A DNA stretch of 64,000 nucleotides from Tubulanus polymorphus (lineage: Eukaryota; Animalia; Nemertea), in the NCBI RefSeq assembly GCF_964204645.1, contig NC_134028.1:13315263-13379262 (forward strand), read 5' to 3'. The first letter of the stretch is position 1. The number at the start of each line of letters is the position of its first letter. Shown here one piece after another: positions 11,252 to 23,029 of the stretch. The translations under genes were made by a program, and so were the position numbers. The notes below the pieces were generated by a model. It made no database searches and was not told where the DNA came from. It worked only from the letters and a program-made list of their open reading frames with translations.

Positions 11252-14200
11252 TTATTCTTTTAATTTTACTAGATAAAATCCATTCATTAAATTTATCATC
11301 ATACCCTTTATATTTCACCAAAGAATACTTTTTTCCTTTAAGAGTTTTTGTTTTCAATACTTTTTCTATTTTGTATTCTATTTCATCTGGATTTCGTACA
11401 AGTGATAATTCTTGTTCATAATAAACATAATAACCTAATATTTCTTCATCTTTTAGATCTTCTAGTTTATAAACAAAAGGTTTAGTTAATATTATCTTTT
11501 TAATCTTGAATATTTCTTCTGTAAAATTAGGGGTATAACCTTTATACAAGAGCCCCAAGGGGCACAATGGCCAGCCTGTCAGATTTGCTTTTTATAAATG
11601 ATGTAATCTGTGGGTTATATTTATCAATATACACTCCCTGCTCAATATCATTTACATAGTAAAATCGTGTGTTAACACAGACAGCAGGAACGAATGTAAT
11701 ATAGAAATACTAAGTTATTGTATTGTGCAACGCCCCCTGGTGGCCATAAAAAAAACCAATGAGCTTGAAACTCACCTCGATCATAGAACATGTCATGAGC
11801 TACAACTTTCCAATTGATTATAGTAGCAAAATATGCTTAAGTATCAATTATGATGTGGAAAAACTTTTTTTCCACCTGCGAATGAGTACTGATGACCCCA
11901 AGATGGCCGCCAAGTGCGTCATAATTGCCTGGTCAAAAATACCCTCTCGGATATAAAAGATCCCTTTCCAAAGAATACCCATTACAAATTGCAATGAAAC
12001 ATGGCGCACCATTAGAAAGCTACAGTACTCAGAATTCAGGCCAAAATAGACATTTTTGGGAACAAAAAAGGTCACAGTACGGCCATCTTGAGTCCGATCA
12101 ACTCAATTTTTAACATGCCGATGGGCCCTCGGGGGATACAAATATATACGAATGATCAAGGTTATTGATAAAAGTGTCTTCAAAATTTCCCTCGAAAACT
12201 TCAAAAATGTGTAAAAAGTGCTGATTTTGGCGAACAACAATGGCTGCCAGTCGGCCATCTTGAATCTGACAGGGCCAGTTTTTGGCCTGAAGATGTGTCT
12301 AGGGTAGATACACGTATAAAACAAATATCAAGACATTACCTTGAAGCGTCTTCAAAACTTTGGAACTCTCACGAACTATCTAGATTGTTATCTCTCGACC
12401 TCAATAGCTTCAAGACCCATCTCAAAACAACTTTGTTCCATGCAGCATACCATTAACTCTCGGAAAGCGAATTGGATTTAACATTTTTTGGCAGAATAAA
12501 ATTTGATTGAATTTGCAATTCGGGCACATGGCTAATTAGCATATCAAGGTCATACACCCGATTTGGTAAAACCTTTTTTTCGCGAACCTTGCGCAATTGT
12601 CAAGGATGAATTTTCTGTAGAGCAAATAAAAATTCCTCCCAAACACCAAATCAACTTAAGATTTCATAGAAATCGATCTTGAAATACAATTTTAAACCTT
12701 AAAATAAAACCCGGAAGTAAAACAGTAGACGATACCGCGGATTCACGTGAACACCTGATTTCTGTAAACGAAATGTTGGTTGTGACAAAATTGTTCAGAC
12801 GGTTTTAGGTGGTAATAAGTACGGAAACGTAACGACCATGGTCGACTTATTCGATGAAATCAGGCCTATGTGATATCCAAATTTTGACTTTTTTATTCTC
12901 CAGACCTCCCTGATATAGAAATAAAAAATTTTGATGGTACGAAAGTGCAATCACAGCGCCGACGGGGACAGAGCCGTGTCAGAGATCGGCGGAGTGAAAA
13001 TTGAGGTGGACGAACTCGAAGAAGTAGGCTATTGCGCTACTTGAATCACGAAAACTCCTGGCGCGGCCCCGACGCTTTTCGTTGACTAAGTAATACAAAT
13101 ATCATGCAATGGGTTTTCACAATCTACCGCTGGTATTTACCGGATTTCAATATCACTCCAAAATTCAAAGAAACCTCGAAATATCGAACCGGAACACATC
13201 CGGTACTGTAGATATCCGCGGCTGCCCAACCGGGAAACTTATTTGTTTCAATAGATATTGATAGGATCCATCATCTTCACCCGTCAAGGGATTCGAACCC
13301 ACTAAGCTAAAGCCATGCCAGAATCGGGTGGGGCCAATCACAGCGCTTGTAACAAACCACATTAGGCTTCAGCGAACACGTAGCGAACGCGGAAGTATTG
13401 TCGCGTGTTGATACATGACGTCATGCGCAAAAGCGCCAGTAATGAAATCGCGATAATTCACGTGAACAGCTGCTGATATTTTCAGATAAACCAATGACAG
13501 GGAAGACACAACTTCCTGATTGGCTGATAAAAATTGAAATTTTCCCGATTTAACTTTCGTGAAAAATGCAGAAAACATTTTTATGAGACCCTATTTCAAA
13601 ATTCTGCTCGCTACGATTCCGAGAATGGATTACGCTTAAATACGTGATTTGTTCGAATATGCCCTCACTTGGCAAGCAAAAGAGCATTTTGTGTGGAAAC
13701 AATGTCATTTAAATTCGCTCCATTTGTATAGTAATAGGCTCAGCCTACGGCTGGCCTAAAAATGTTTTTCTATATTTAGATATTCTAACGTGTTGTCCAA
13801 TTTTAAATTTAGGTTCTCCAAAATCATGTGTAAAAAACGCCCCATATAAATCATTCCATACTATTTCCGAATTATCTTCTTTTCTAGCTTGTATAGGTTT
13901 CATATTTATAGAACTATGTTTAGAATTATTATAACCTTTCACTAAATAATCTAACACATCGATATATTTATATGTTTCATTAGCAGTACAATATTTCCAC
14001 ATTCTAGTTTTCAATGTTTTATTAAATCTTTCTATAATAGATGCTTTTTTATCTGAATGTGTTGAAAAATATTCTACATCGTTATCAGATAATAGTTTTT
14101 TAAAATGTTTGTTATAAAATTCCTTACCTTCATCAAATTGTATCTTATCTGGAATAGCTTCTTTAAATATAGATTTAAAAGCATCTGTTACTTCTATTCC

Positions 14201-14575
14201 AGTTTTATTTTTGATTGGAATTGACCATGCGTATCTACTGAATATGTCTATAACATTTAATATCCAGAAATATCCTTTGTTGTGTTCTTCTAAGTTCTTC
14301 ATGTCAATTGAATCTGCTTGCCATTGTTGATCAATATATGAAACCATAACTTTTCTTGTTAAATAAGTTTTATCCATTTTCTTGTGGATTTGATATGTTG
14401 GTTGATTTTGTAACCATGATTTCAATTCACTATATTTTATATCACCATGTGGGTGCCATACGGCACCATTTTCATTATCAGATTTAATTTTATTCCATAA
14501 TTCTGAAACGCTAGAATATGATACTTCACTTTCTGGGTTATAATATAAATCTCTTAAATATTGTTCTTTTTTCAT
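11244..14575 (-). pseudogene. Retroviral-like (rve) integrase with C-terminal chromodomain, split by a Helentron insertion (parts 14575-13760 and 11546-11244)
   Basis: WQADSIDM, VIDIFSRYAW, QFDEGKEF, KASIIERFNKTLK (DDE). Removing the insert restores SKYRKTF-YKGYTPNFTEEIF. Chromodomain YKIEKVL...LVKYKGYDDKFNEW. Confidence 0.92.
11546..13762 (-). mobile_element. Non-autonomous Helentron (HINE) family A, copy 1
   Basis: Minus strand 5' TTTTTAGGCCAGCCGTAGGCTGAGCC (subTIR + hairpin); 3' GGCTGGCC-ATTGT-GCCCCTTGGGGC-TCTTGT (subTIR + hairpin); inserted in a T-run with no TSD; three copies in the window. Confidence 0.85.
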
Positions 14576-14599
14576 CTTATCTTAATCCATTAATAATAA

Positions 14600-14950
14600 T
14601 TAAGATTTAGTTTCAATGACTTTATGATTTGACTTATTTTCTGGTATAATAGGTTTATTGTCATTGGAATCATCTTTATCATCAGATTTGAATTTTGATT
14701 TATATATTACACCAGAGAATATAATAATTGTGATTAGCCCAATTGTAATATATAAGTAATTATTTCTTCCACTATTAGAAGAATTAGATGGATTATTATT
14801 TGAATTAATATCAGATAAAGTCTGTGATTCATTTATATCAGTTAATTTCTTTTTCTCAGCTTTTTTTAATTCTGAAGATCTTTTACCTAATTCTCTTGCC
14901 CATTTAATTTGTTTCTCGGATCTAACCTTTTTCTTAACGCCATCACTCAT
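14600..14950 (-). CDS. Polinton hypothetical protein, basic N-terminus and one transmembrane helix
   Basis: Intact 116-aa ORF, TAAATG start, hydrophobic stretch YLYITIGLITIIIFSGVIY. Confidence 0.75.
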   Translation of the reverse strand: MSDGVKKKVRSEKQIKWARELGKRSSELKKAEKKKLTDINESQTLSDINSNNNPSNSSNSGRNNYLYITIGLITIIIFSGVIYKSKFKSDDKDDSNDNKPIIPENKSNHKVIETKS

Positions 14951-15545
14951 TTATTTTAGTTAATTTTTGTTCTGATTCATTTTCTGTTTCGCCGCTTGGT
15001 TGTAGTACATCTGTTTCGTTCTTACCTGATTTATATTCCATAGGTTTGATATTCGAAAATGTTATGACGCCAGTAGAAATTAATGTCATAACCGATCCTA
15101 ATTGAAATGAAGCATAACCAACCCATTTTTGTAATTCAGTCATAACTAAATAGTCATTTTTCAAATCACTATATAATTTATTTTCATCATTAATTGGTAT
15201 TAACTGGTTACATAACTTAGAATAACATTTGACAATACCATCCGAAATAGAATCATTTATTCGGGCCAATCTTGCCTCTTCATAAATCTTAAAATATTTT
15301 ATTACTTTATCGGGTTTCATAGCATCTAGTTCTTGATAAGTTAAAATTTTTCCCAAGAAATCCTTAGATTTCCCGCCAGCAATTAATAATTGAAGATGAT
15401 GCTTACAATATAAGTAGTATTCATAATCAATATTGCTATTAACTTGAATAGAATTAGAAACAACTGTATCTTTATTATCACTAATACCCAAATCATCTAA
15501 TGTTTTTTCAATATCAATACTATTCTTACTCGATTTCTTTGACAT
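14943..15545 (-). CDS. Polinton hypothetical protein (200 aa)
   Basis: Intact ORF in 80% AT DNA, TAAATG start, overlaps the next gene by 8 nt. Confidence 0.75.
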   Translation of the reverse strand: MSKKSSKNSIDIEKTLDDLGISDNKDTVVSNSIQVNSNIDYEYYLYCKHHLQLLIAGGKSKDFLGKILTYQELDAMKPDKVIKYFKIYEEARLARINDSISDGIVKCYSKLCNQLIPINDENKLYSDLKNDYLVMTELQKWVGYASFQLGSVMTLISTGVITFSNIKPMEYKSGKNETDVLQPSGETENESEQKLTKINE

Positions 15546-16693
15546 TTATATTAGAGAAATTTAATAAGAAAAATATTATAAGTATTATAAAATGATACTA
15601 GATAGTAAAAGTTAAAGAATTCTAGTATTGACTACTGATACTAGCTATTTGAATGTAAAGAATTTCTATTTGAATCTATTCAAAATATAAAGTATTCTCT
15701 TTTGAAAAGAAAGTATTAGAAATATAATAGAATTCACTAGCTAGTTGAAGTTATTGTTTTTTAAATACTTTTTATTTAAATTAGGATTTAGATTATCTCA
15801 CTACTTTTGTTTATCTATTAGGAGCAGTAATTATAATTGTCCAGATAAGTCATTTCGGATTCTTGATAATAAATCCTAAAACTGAAAATAAATTCAAAGA
15901 AACGACTGGTGGAAATACTATTTCATAAACACATATATTTTATTCTACAATCATTATCGATTTCCACATTCCAAGCCGCGCATTTCATGCGCGGTAAGGT
16001 ATGCGTGGAATGCAGGAATCAATAAAGTATAATAGAACATCTGTCACTGTGTGTCATTAACAACAGCTTAATGATGCAATTGAAATTCCGACAAACGTAG
16101 TGCATTGAAAGCCTATACGGTATGGCTAAACTGCTACAGTCTCATGAGTTGAAATATCCATTATTTCTGATTCCACGTACTCCTATCTTCACTTTCTTGA
16201 TTCAATGGCCTTCATTTTGTTATCTAAAAGATAAATATCTAACGTAGAATAAAACTAACTTGAAGTTGTAGTTGTAAAATATTAATTACAGCACTTAAAC
16301 ATAGCCATTCGTAGCGCATCTTACCAGGATAAGTTTTACATGTTTAACGTTTCCCAACGCCTTAATAACAACAAAAACAGTACTTACATTTATAACTGTA
16401 AACTCCTAAAATTGTGTTTATAGAGAGAATATCCTATACGTTCCTATGCTTATGTGCTGCGTGTTTATAACTGCCAGTTACTCACTAGCTAAACACTGTC
16501 TGTGCAACAGATGTTCCTTTGTAATATAATTGATTAATCCTTTTCAACTGAAATAGCACATTCGATCAATATTCAAATGAGATACACCCCATTCAACTGA
16601 ATATAACGTGCGACAGATGCTTTTGTAAACAACCTAATACAATTACATATAGGCGGTTTGACGTAGATCGAGAGTAACCGGTTTTCTAAGCGC

Positions 16694-18023
16694 TCAAGCT
16701 TCAACGTATTTTTCATTATGTGTCGAGTTCCATAATTCAACAAATGTCTTTGCTTTATCCAGTTGATCTAAATATAACTGTATATCTAGTTTATTAGATT
16801 TAATTATGTTTTCCTTCTTTTCTAAAGGCCTTAAATTTTTCCAACTCCAAATAAGTTTTTTTATTGTATTCATCATTCATGTTAAATTCAGAAATCGGCA
16901 ACACATGATCAATATGAAAGTATTCACCATAATTATCTATATTCATTTTATCATCGAATTGATATATTATCCATGATATGAAAAATTCATCTGTACAACC
17001 CAATAAATTAGATAGTGTTTCTGAATGCGTTTCTTTGTTGAATAATTGTGTTAATCTAGATCTTGAGCATTGTTTCAATCTAAAATTAAGATCTGTTTGA
17101 TATCTTTCTCTCATATATTCTGCCATATAATAAATATAATGTTCTATATTATCCTCTCGATATTGTTTGGTATATAGTTTAGTACAAGTTTTACAGCAAT
17201 ATTGAAAACTTTTCTTATTTTTATACTTTTTCATCCTTTCTACCGCATCATCAATAGTTTCTTCTTTATGTTTCATAGAATCTTTATTATCAATATGCTT
17301 ATCTGTAACTATATCACCATGTGGGTGCCGTATGGCACCATTTTCATTATTATCTTTATTAGTGTTTGCTCCTAATATTTCATTTACAGTGTTTGGTTTC
17401 AATATTTCATTAGCATCGGTTAGATCTAATTCATCTTTATTAGGTGTTGCTAATAATAAATCTTCATATATTTTTTCACCATTTACTTTTTGATTTGAAA
17501 CAAACTTTGTAACATATCTAAATGGGTGTTCTATAAATTCTTTTAAACCAACACGTTCTATAACATTATTTATATGTACCCTTGTATTCATATGTTTATT
17601 CCAATTTGATGTAGCGTTTGAAAATTCACTTTTACAATATCCACAATAATTTCTATTTTCACTAACATTTAATATTATTTCATTATTTGATGTAGAAGGT
17701 ATTACATTATTAGATGTAGAAGGTATTACATTATTAGATGTAGAAGGTATTACATTATTAGATGTAGAAGGTATTACATTATTAGATGTAGAAGGTATTA
17801 CATTATTAGATGTAGAAGGTTTTACATTATTATCAATTACATTACTTAAATTATCAACAGCACCACTTTTATTATTATCGATTTCTATTAGTTTAGTTTT
17901 ATAAATTTTGAAAATAGGATCAAATATCAAAGCTATATTACAAGGTATTACATAATATAAACCATCATTATTTTCATGTGTATCGATGTATGGAATATGT
18001 TTATATACTTTACCTCCTTCCAT
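16694..18023 (-). pseudogene. C2H2 zinc finger + HNH/endonuclease VII-like protein with 8-aa repeats; frameshift near 16860
   Basis: CGYC...HMNTRVH finger; LLGC...FDDKMNIDNYGEYFHIDHVLPIS continuing in another frame as WKNLRPLEKKENIIKSNK, the HNH pattern seen in large DNA viruses. Confidence 0.75.
17689..17832. repeat. Coding 24-bp tandem repeat x6 (NNVIPSTS)
   Basis: GATGTAGAAGGTATTACATTATTA five times plus one copy with a single change. Confidence 0.95.
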
Positions 18024-18055
18024 TTATTATATAAATTTTTATTAAAGTTAAAATT

Positions 18056-19300
18056 TTAATACATTACACTATTCAATTGAGAATTTACAATATTTAATTG
18101 CGCGTCAGATATAATATAAATGTGCATTTTAGAATTTTTGATTCCTTTATTCTTTGTCATGAATAATTGTATTCCATCTTTAGTGTTCTGTAGTTTTTTT
18201 CCAGAACCATGTAATGAATTATCCTCAGTTGTTCTAAAATCTAAACATAATGCGTATTTATTACCGGTATAATAATCAATTTGATTAATGTTACAATTTT
18301 CAGATGATTTTACTTTTTCATTCATAAAATGTTTTCTAATTTCTGGCCATTGATCTATCATTCTCATTCCTTGACAAAATATTTTATTTGCTATTCCTTC
18401 GATAGTTATTTCTACTTTTCTTATTTCAGGATTATAATAATTATCAACATTTATTGCACCATTAGTATATGTTGCAATGGTAAAAAATATTAATATACCT
18501 TTAATAGATCTTCTTGGGAAGTTAATATTCTCATTAATTATTTCATCATTTGCATTAATAGTTACAGTTTTTCAATTTATCAATATAATCATATAATAAT
18601 GAAAATCCTTGATTGTATTTAGTTTGAATTATACTTGAAATATTTTCATCAGTTACTGTATCATATTCTAAACATATATTCGATAATTTATAACTCATAT
18701 CTTTATTAACGCTAGATATTACAATTTCATTAACAGGAGCAAATGTTATTTCGAATATAACGTCTTCTTTGCGTATTTATATAAAGGTGCATTGTTATTT
18801 ATCAATTCAAAGTCTAATGGAATTTTATATTTGCTTCCATATATACTTTTTATCAATTTATCTACAGCATTAGTTAATATTGCATTATGTGCTTCTGATC
18901 TTAATTTATTTTGGTTTTCTGATTGGATTCCTTGAAATATCATATTATTTCTATTTTCTTTAGTTAACCATAAATCTTTATAATGCATGAATAAATTATA
19001 ATCATCTAATGAGAAAACTGTTTCTGGACCAATCTTTATAGTTAATTTTTTAATCAAATATCTCCCAACATTATCAACAACATAATTATTATCATTACCG
19101 ATTACTTTTATATAGGCTGATAAATAAATACTATTTGGAACATAAAAAGTATTTTGTGTTAATCGAGGAATTCTAACATATAAAGTTTCATCGGGATTAA
19201 TATTAGAAGGGTTATGAGTAATTATATGATGTGATCTTTCTGCTTTAATAGCATTAGATATTCTATGATTCTTACAAGGATTGATATAACTCCCACTCAT
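18056..19300 (-). pseudogene. Putative double jelly-roll major capsid protein (~415 aa, two frameshifts)
   Basis: ORFs 18746..19300 and 18056..18367 are joined by coding sequence (FEITFAP...YKLSNICLEYDTV...INENINFPRRSIKGILIFF...NPEIRKVEITIEG). Beta-rich pattern, size and motifs (LIKKLTIKIG, KIPLDF, ALCLDF) fit a DJR MCP; not verified by search. Confidence 0.75.
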
Positions 19301-19320
19301 TTATTTAACAAAAAAATTAA

Positions 19321-20788
19321 TTATTTATTTCTAATCATGTTTACTAATCCAATGATAATTGCACTTACAACTGTAATTAAAAATAAAATAATATGTTCAG
19401 CAGCAAAGTTAATAATGTTTCCTGCAGATTTCAATATAAAACCAACAATTGATGCAATAATTCCTGGTAATGCTGCAGCAGATTTTTTAGATAGTTCCCA
19501 TAAATATTTTGCTAATTTTTTCAAACCATCCTTAACTTTATCTTGTATTGAATTATTATCTGGGGGTTTATCCGGTTTATTGGGAGTAGGAGTAGATTTC
19601 AAAGCATTTGATATAGCTAAACCAATTGTTGTAAATAACATAGTTACAGCTGTTAGAATTGAAAGAATTGTTATTCCTTCTAACTTAATTAATAACTTTA
19701 TTCTGTCTTTCAATGATATTTCAGAATCTGGTTTAATCAACAAATCTTTAACAACAACTTTTAATCTATTTATATTATAATCATATGATTTTAACAATAA
19801 TTTAATTTCTTCTTTTTGTAATTCTATGTTATATTCTAAATCATCTTTTTCTTTTTCTAAATACGCATTTCTTTTTTTAAATTCGATTTCTTCAATAACT
19901 TTATTATCTCTATCTAATTTTAGTTGTTCCGATTCTTTTCTTGATTTAAATAATTCATCTTCTAAAGTTCTTATTTTTAAATCTCTTATACTTTGTTCAT
20001 GCGCAATTTTATCAGATGCAAGTCTTATACTTTTAATTTCTCTAATTGCTTCATCAGAAAATATATTATTTAAATCTTCTAATTGTTGATATGTTGCATC
20101 AATTAATCCATTCGGTAAAAGTTTTTCAATTGGAACTTTATTTGATTTAAGTTTACTAGTTTTGGAAGTTATATTCTGTTCAGAAGTTGTTTCTGTTTCT
20201 GAATTTTTATTGATTATTTTTAATAAGTCATCAATTCTTTCACTAAATTCTGTTATATTATCATCTCTTTCTTCTTGTGTAACATCAGTTATTTCATTAC
20301 TATTACTTATTCTTTTAATTCTATCTGGTTCTAATTTTCTCAAAGTTGATTCCGCTAATATTTTATTTAGTTTTGTCTTTTGATTAGTGATATCAATAAA
20401 ATAATCACCATCCAAATTATAATAATATTTACCTTTAAAAAGTTTTAATTTTTTTACTAAATATCTGGCGCCTCTGGCATTTATATTATATCCAGATCTT
20501 TCAAATGCAGGTTGGAATTTATGTATAAATTCTTTATATTCTAAATCTTCCTTTGATAAACCTTTATTTTCATTTTCAGGATTTATTCTCGATCTATTTC
20601 TTCTATCAAATTCATCTGTTGATGGGGATAGAACCACTATCTGCTAAATTAGAAATATATGCTGATTCATTACCATCATCAATATTAGTTTCATTAAGAT
20701 TAGCACCTGCATCATTATAATCATCATCAATATATCCTTCATTATTTCCCATGCCTTCCATTTCATAATCTTCTCCACCTTCTGCCAT
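19321..20788 (-). pseudogene. ~490-aa protein: acidic N-terminus (MAEGG...), long coiled coil, C-terminal hydrophobic/amphipathic helices; one frameshift near 20635
   Basis: TAAATG start at 20788 upstream of ORF 19321..20637; heptad-rich middle; GITILSILTAVTMLFTTIGLAI and ALPGIIASIVGFIL...IILFLITVVSAIIIGLV. Confidence 0.75.
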
Positions 20789-20804
20789 TTACATAATAAA
20801 AAAA

Positions 20805-22106
20805 TTAAAATTTAAAATATAATATTCCTCCTATAACAATTCCTATACAAGTTATAGCTAATTTAGTATTTTCAGGGGATTTATTATCATTATCAGTTTT
20901 GATTATATCATGTTGAATATTATCAGTTTTTATATTTTCTGATGTATTGTAATCTTTTATTTTAGAATCATTTTGCAATTTAATATTTTTAGTTTTAGTT
21001 TCTGTTGATTGAATATGTTTTTTATTTTTTTCACCTTCCATTAATTTTGGAGCAGTGATAATCTTTTTATTTATATCATTTAATCCAAATGAATTATTTA
21101 TTGTTGCAGTTTTAATTAGATTATTATAACCAATTATGTTTCCCATCTTTAATACTAAATCATTAGAAATAATTAATAGATTAGGGCCTATACAATAATT
21201 TAATCTAATATGTGATTTATCTAAATAATTTTGATATCTTACAATGTTTTCCGGAATCGATCTATTTTTATCATTATGAATTGAATCTTCAAATAATACT
21301 TTAAACTGTTTCTGCGCATCGAATGAAGTGTTATCATTTCCAACTATTGGTGATCTTGTTTCAACTTGCGCACCTAAAATACATATCAAATAAGTTCTAA
21401 TAGATTGATTTATTCTTTGTATACCTGATTTTGTAAAACCTTCACCATTTTCTAAAATGAAATTAACCCAACCATTATTACTATCAATTTTATAATTATG
21501 ATAAGCTCCAATTCTATGCATATAATCAATTCTTTTTATTTCATACTCTTCACCAACACCTTGCAATTTACCATGCGCTCTAAAATCGGAATTAATATTT
21601 ATATTAAATTCATTACATATTTTATAAAACTTAGATAGATTAATATTATTATCCAATTCTTTCAAATATTTAGACCCGGGTAAAGGACATTCTAATTCAT
21701 TTAATATTATTCTGATATGAAAATATGTATGAAATCTAAATATTGTGTGAATTAATTTTAAATCAGAATACTTCAAATTTTTATCTAAGTTACTTAAATG
21801 ATCATTCCAACTTATTCCACATCCTGTTGTTGCACAATAAACAGCAAAATCTAATTGGTTCTGCCAATATTTCATATTAGATTTTACTTTATATATATGG
21901 TATTCATCTCGAGTAAAAGTAACTTCATATGTATTAAATATATTTTCCATTTTAGAAATAAAAAACTGTGATTCAGTAACATAAATTTCTAAATTAGTTA
22001 ATGAATTTAAAACTACATTTCTATATGTAATATTTTTCTTAAAATCTATAGCAGGAATATTATATTTAATTGATTTATTATATTGGAAAGCTTTTGGAAA
22101 CCCCAT
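20805..22106 (-). CDS. Conserved Polinton protein of unknown function with C-terminal membrane anchor (433 aa)
   Basis: Intact ORF; homologue at 44323-45648; motif YWQNQLDFAVYCATTGCGISW; terminal TM LAITCIGIVIGGILYF. Confidence 0.85.
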   Translation of the reverse strand: MGFPKAFQYNKSIKYNIPAIDFKKNITYRNVVLNSLTNLEIYVTESQFFISKMENIFNTYEVTFTRDEYHIYKVKSNMKYWQNQLDFAVYCATTGCGISWNDHLSNLDKNLKYSDLKLIHTIFRFHTYFHIRIILNELECPLPGSKYLKELDNNINLSKFYKICNEFNININSDFRAHGKLQGVGEEYEIKRIDYMHRIGAYHNYKIDSNNGWVNFILENGEGFTKSGIQRINQSIRTYLICILGAQVETRSPIVGNDNTSFDAQKQFKVLFEDSIHNDKNRSIPENIVRYQNYLDKSHIRLNYCIGPNLLIISNDLVLKMGNIIGYNNLIKTATINNSFGLNDINKKIITAPKLMEGEKNKKHIQSTETKTKNIKLQNDSKIKDYNTSENIKTDNIQHDIIKTDNDNKSPENTKLAITCIGIVIGGILYFKF

Positions 22107-22122
22107 TTATATAATTAAAAAA

Positions 22123-22557
22123 TTAATAATTAACTAATTCTTTTAATAATTTATCTCGTTCTTCAACTGTTATATGGCCATTTAAACTTATTATATAATC
22201 TAGTGTATTCTTTAATTTATTAATTTCTTTTATATTAGTTTTAATTTTTTCTTTATTACTTTTTATATTTAATTTTGAACTTATACCAGTTAAAACACTT
22301 GAACTTAATCCTAATACGCCAATTGATATAGCTAAAGGTGTTAATGGTGAAAATATTGCTAGAAATGTTATTACAGAACTAATTGTAACCGAACCACTTA
22401 TAATCAAATAATATATAATTTTACTTTTTAAATATTTTTTCTTTTTTATCTTTAAGTCATTTTCAAATTCTAATATTTGTTTTTCTAAATATATTTTTAA
22501 TTTAGTTTTACTGATATCATGAGGAATAATATCAATATTATCAACTTTATCTTCCAT
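22123..22557 (-). CDS. Small two-TM membrane protein flanked by coiled coils
   Basis: Intact 144 aa with a hydrophobic hairpin; homologue at 43870-44302. Confidence 0.8.
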   Translation of the reverse strand: MEDKVDNIDIIPHDISKTKLKIYLEKQILEFENDLKIKKKKYLKSKIIYYLIISGSVTISSVITFLAIFSPLTPLAISIGVLGLSSSVLTGISSKLNIKSNKEKIKTNIKEINKLKNTLDYIISLNGHITVEERDKLLKELVNY

Positions 22558-22578
22558 TTATTTAGCAAAAAAAAATTA

Positions 22579-23001
22579 CTAATTAGTAAATCTATATGCT
22601 ACAAATATAACAATAACAGTTCCGCCTAAAATCCATATTATTTCATATTTCTGTTGTTCTCTACTTGGGGTATAATAATCTGATAATTTAGGTTTGTATA
22701 GATGTAATTTTTCTTTATTGCTTACCGCGTTATATAAACTCATTGCATCATCAACTGATTGAAAATCTCCATGTGAAATTTTCTGATCATATAATTCTTT
22801 GTTAACATAATCCATATAGTTTTGCCTCTTTTCTCTGTATTCTTCTGCTGCTTTATTGTATTTCTCTAATGCTAAGTTATGTCTTTTTTGTTCTGTTAAT
22901 GATCCATTTTTATCAATATGTTTAAATAAATAACCACCACCAGTAAATGCTAAAGCGTTAACAATTGCCGATCCTATAATAGTTATAACTGCAGAAGCCA
23001 T
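22579..23001 (-). CDS. Small protein with hydrophobic N- and C-termini
   Basis: MASAVITIIGSAIVNALAFTGGGYLF...IIWILGGTVIVIFVAY; homologue at 43441-43850. Confidence 0.8.
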   Translation of the reverse strand: MASAVITIIGSAIVNALAFTGGGYLFKHIDKNGSLTEQKRHNLALEKYNKAAEEYREKRQNYMDYVNKELYDQKISHGDFQSVDDAMSLYNAVSNKEKLHLYKPKLSDYYTPSREQQKYEIIWILGGTVIVIFVAYRFTN

Positions 23002-23029
23002 TTATTTAGTAAAATAATTATGCATTTAT

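Noticed and set aside
13270-13320. tRNA gene (GGTTCGAATCCC on the minus strand; also ~29420, ~51285 and ~9095)
   Set aside because: Only a B-box/T-loop; no cloverleaf can be drawn.
19265-20383. Plus-strand ORFs 19265, 19826 and 20162
   Set aside because: Antisense shadows of the minus-strand gene.
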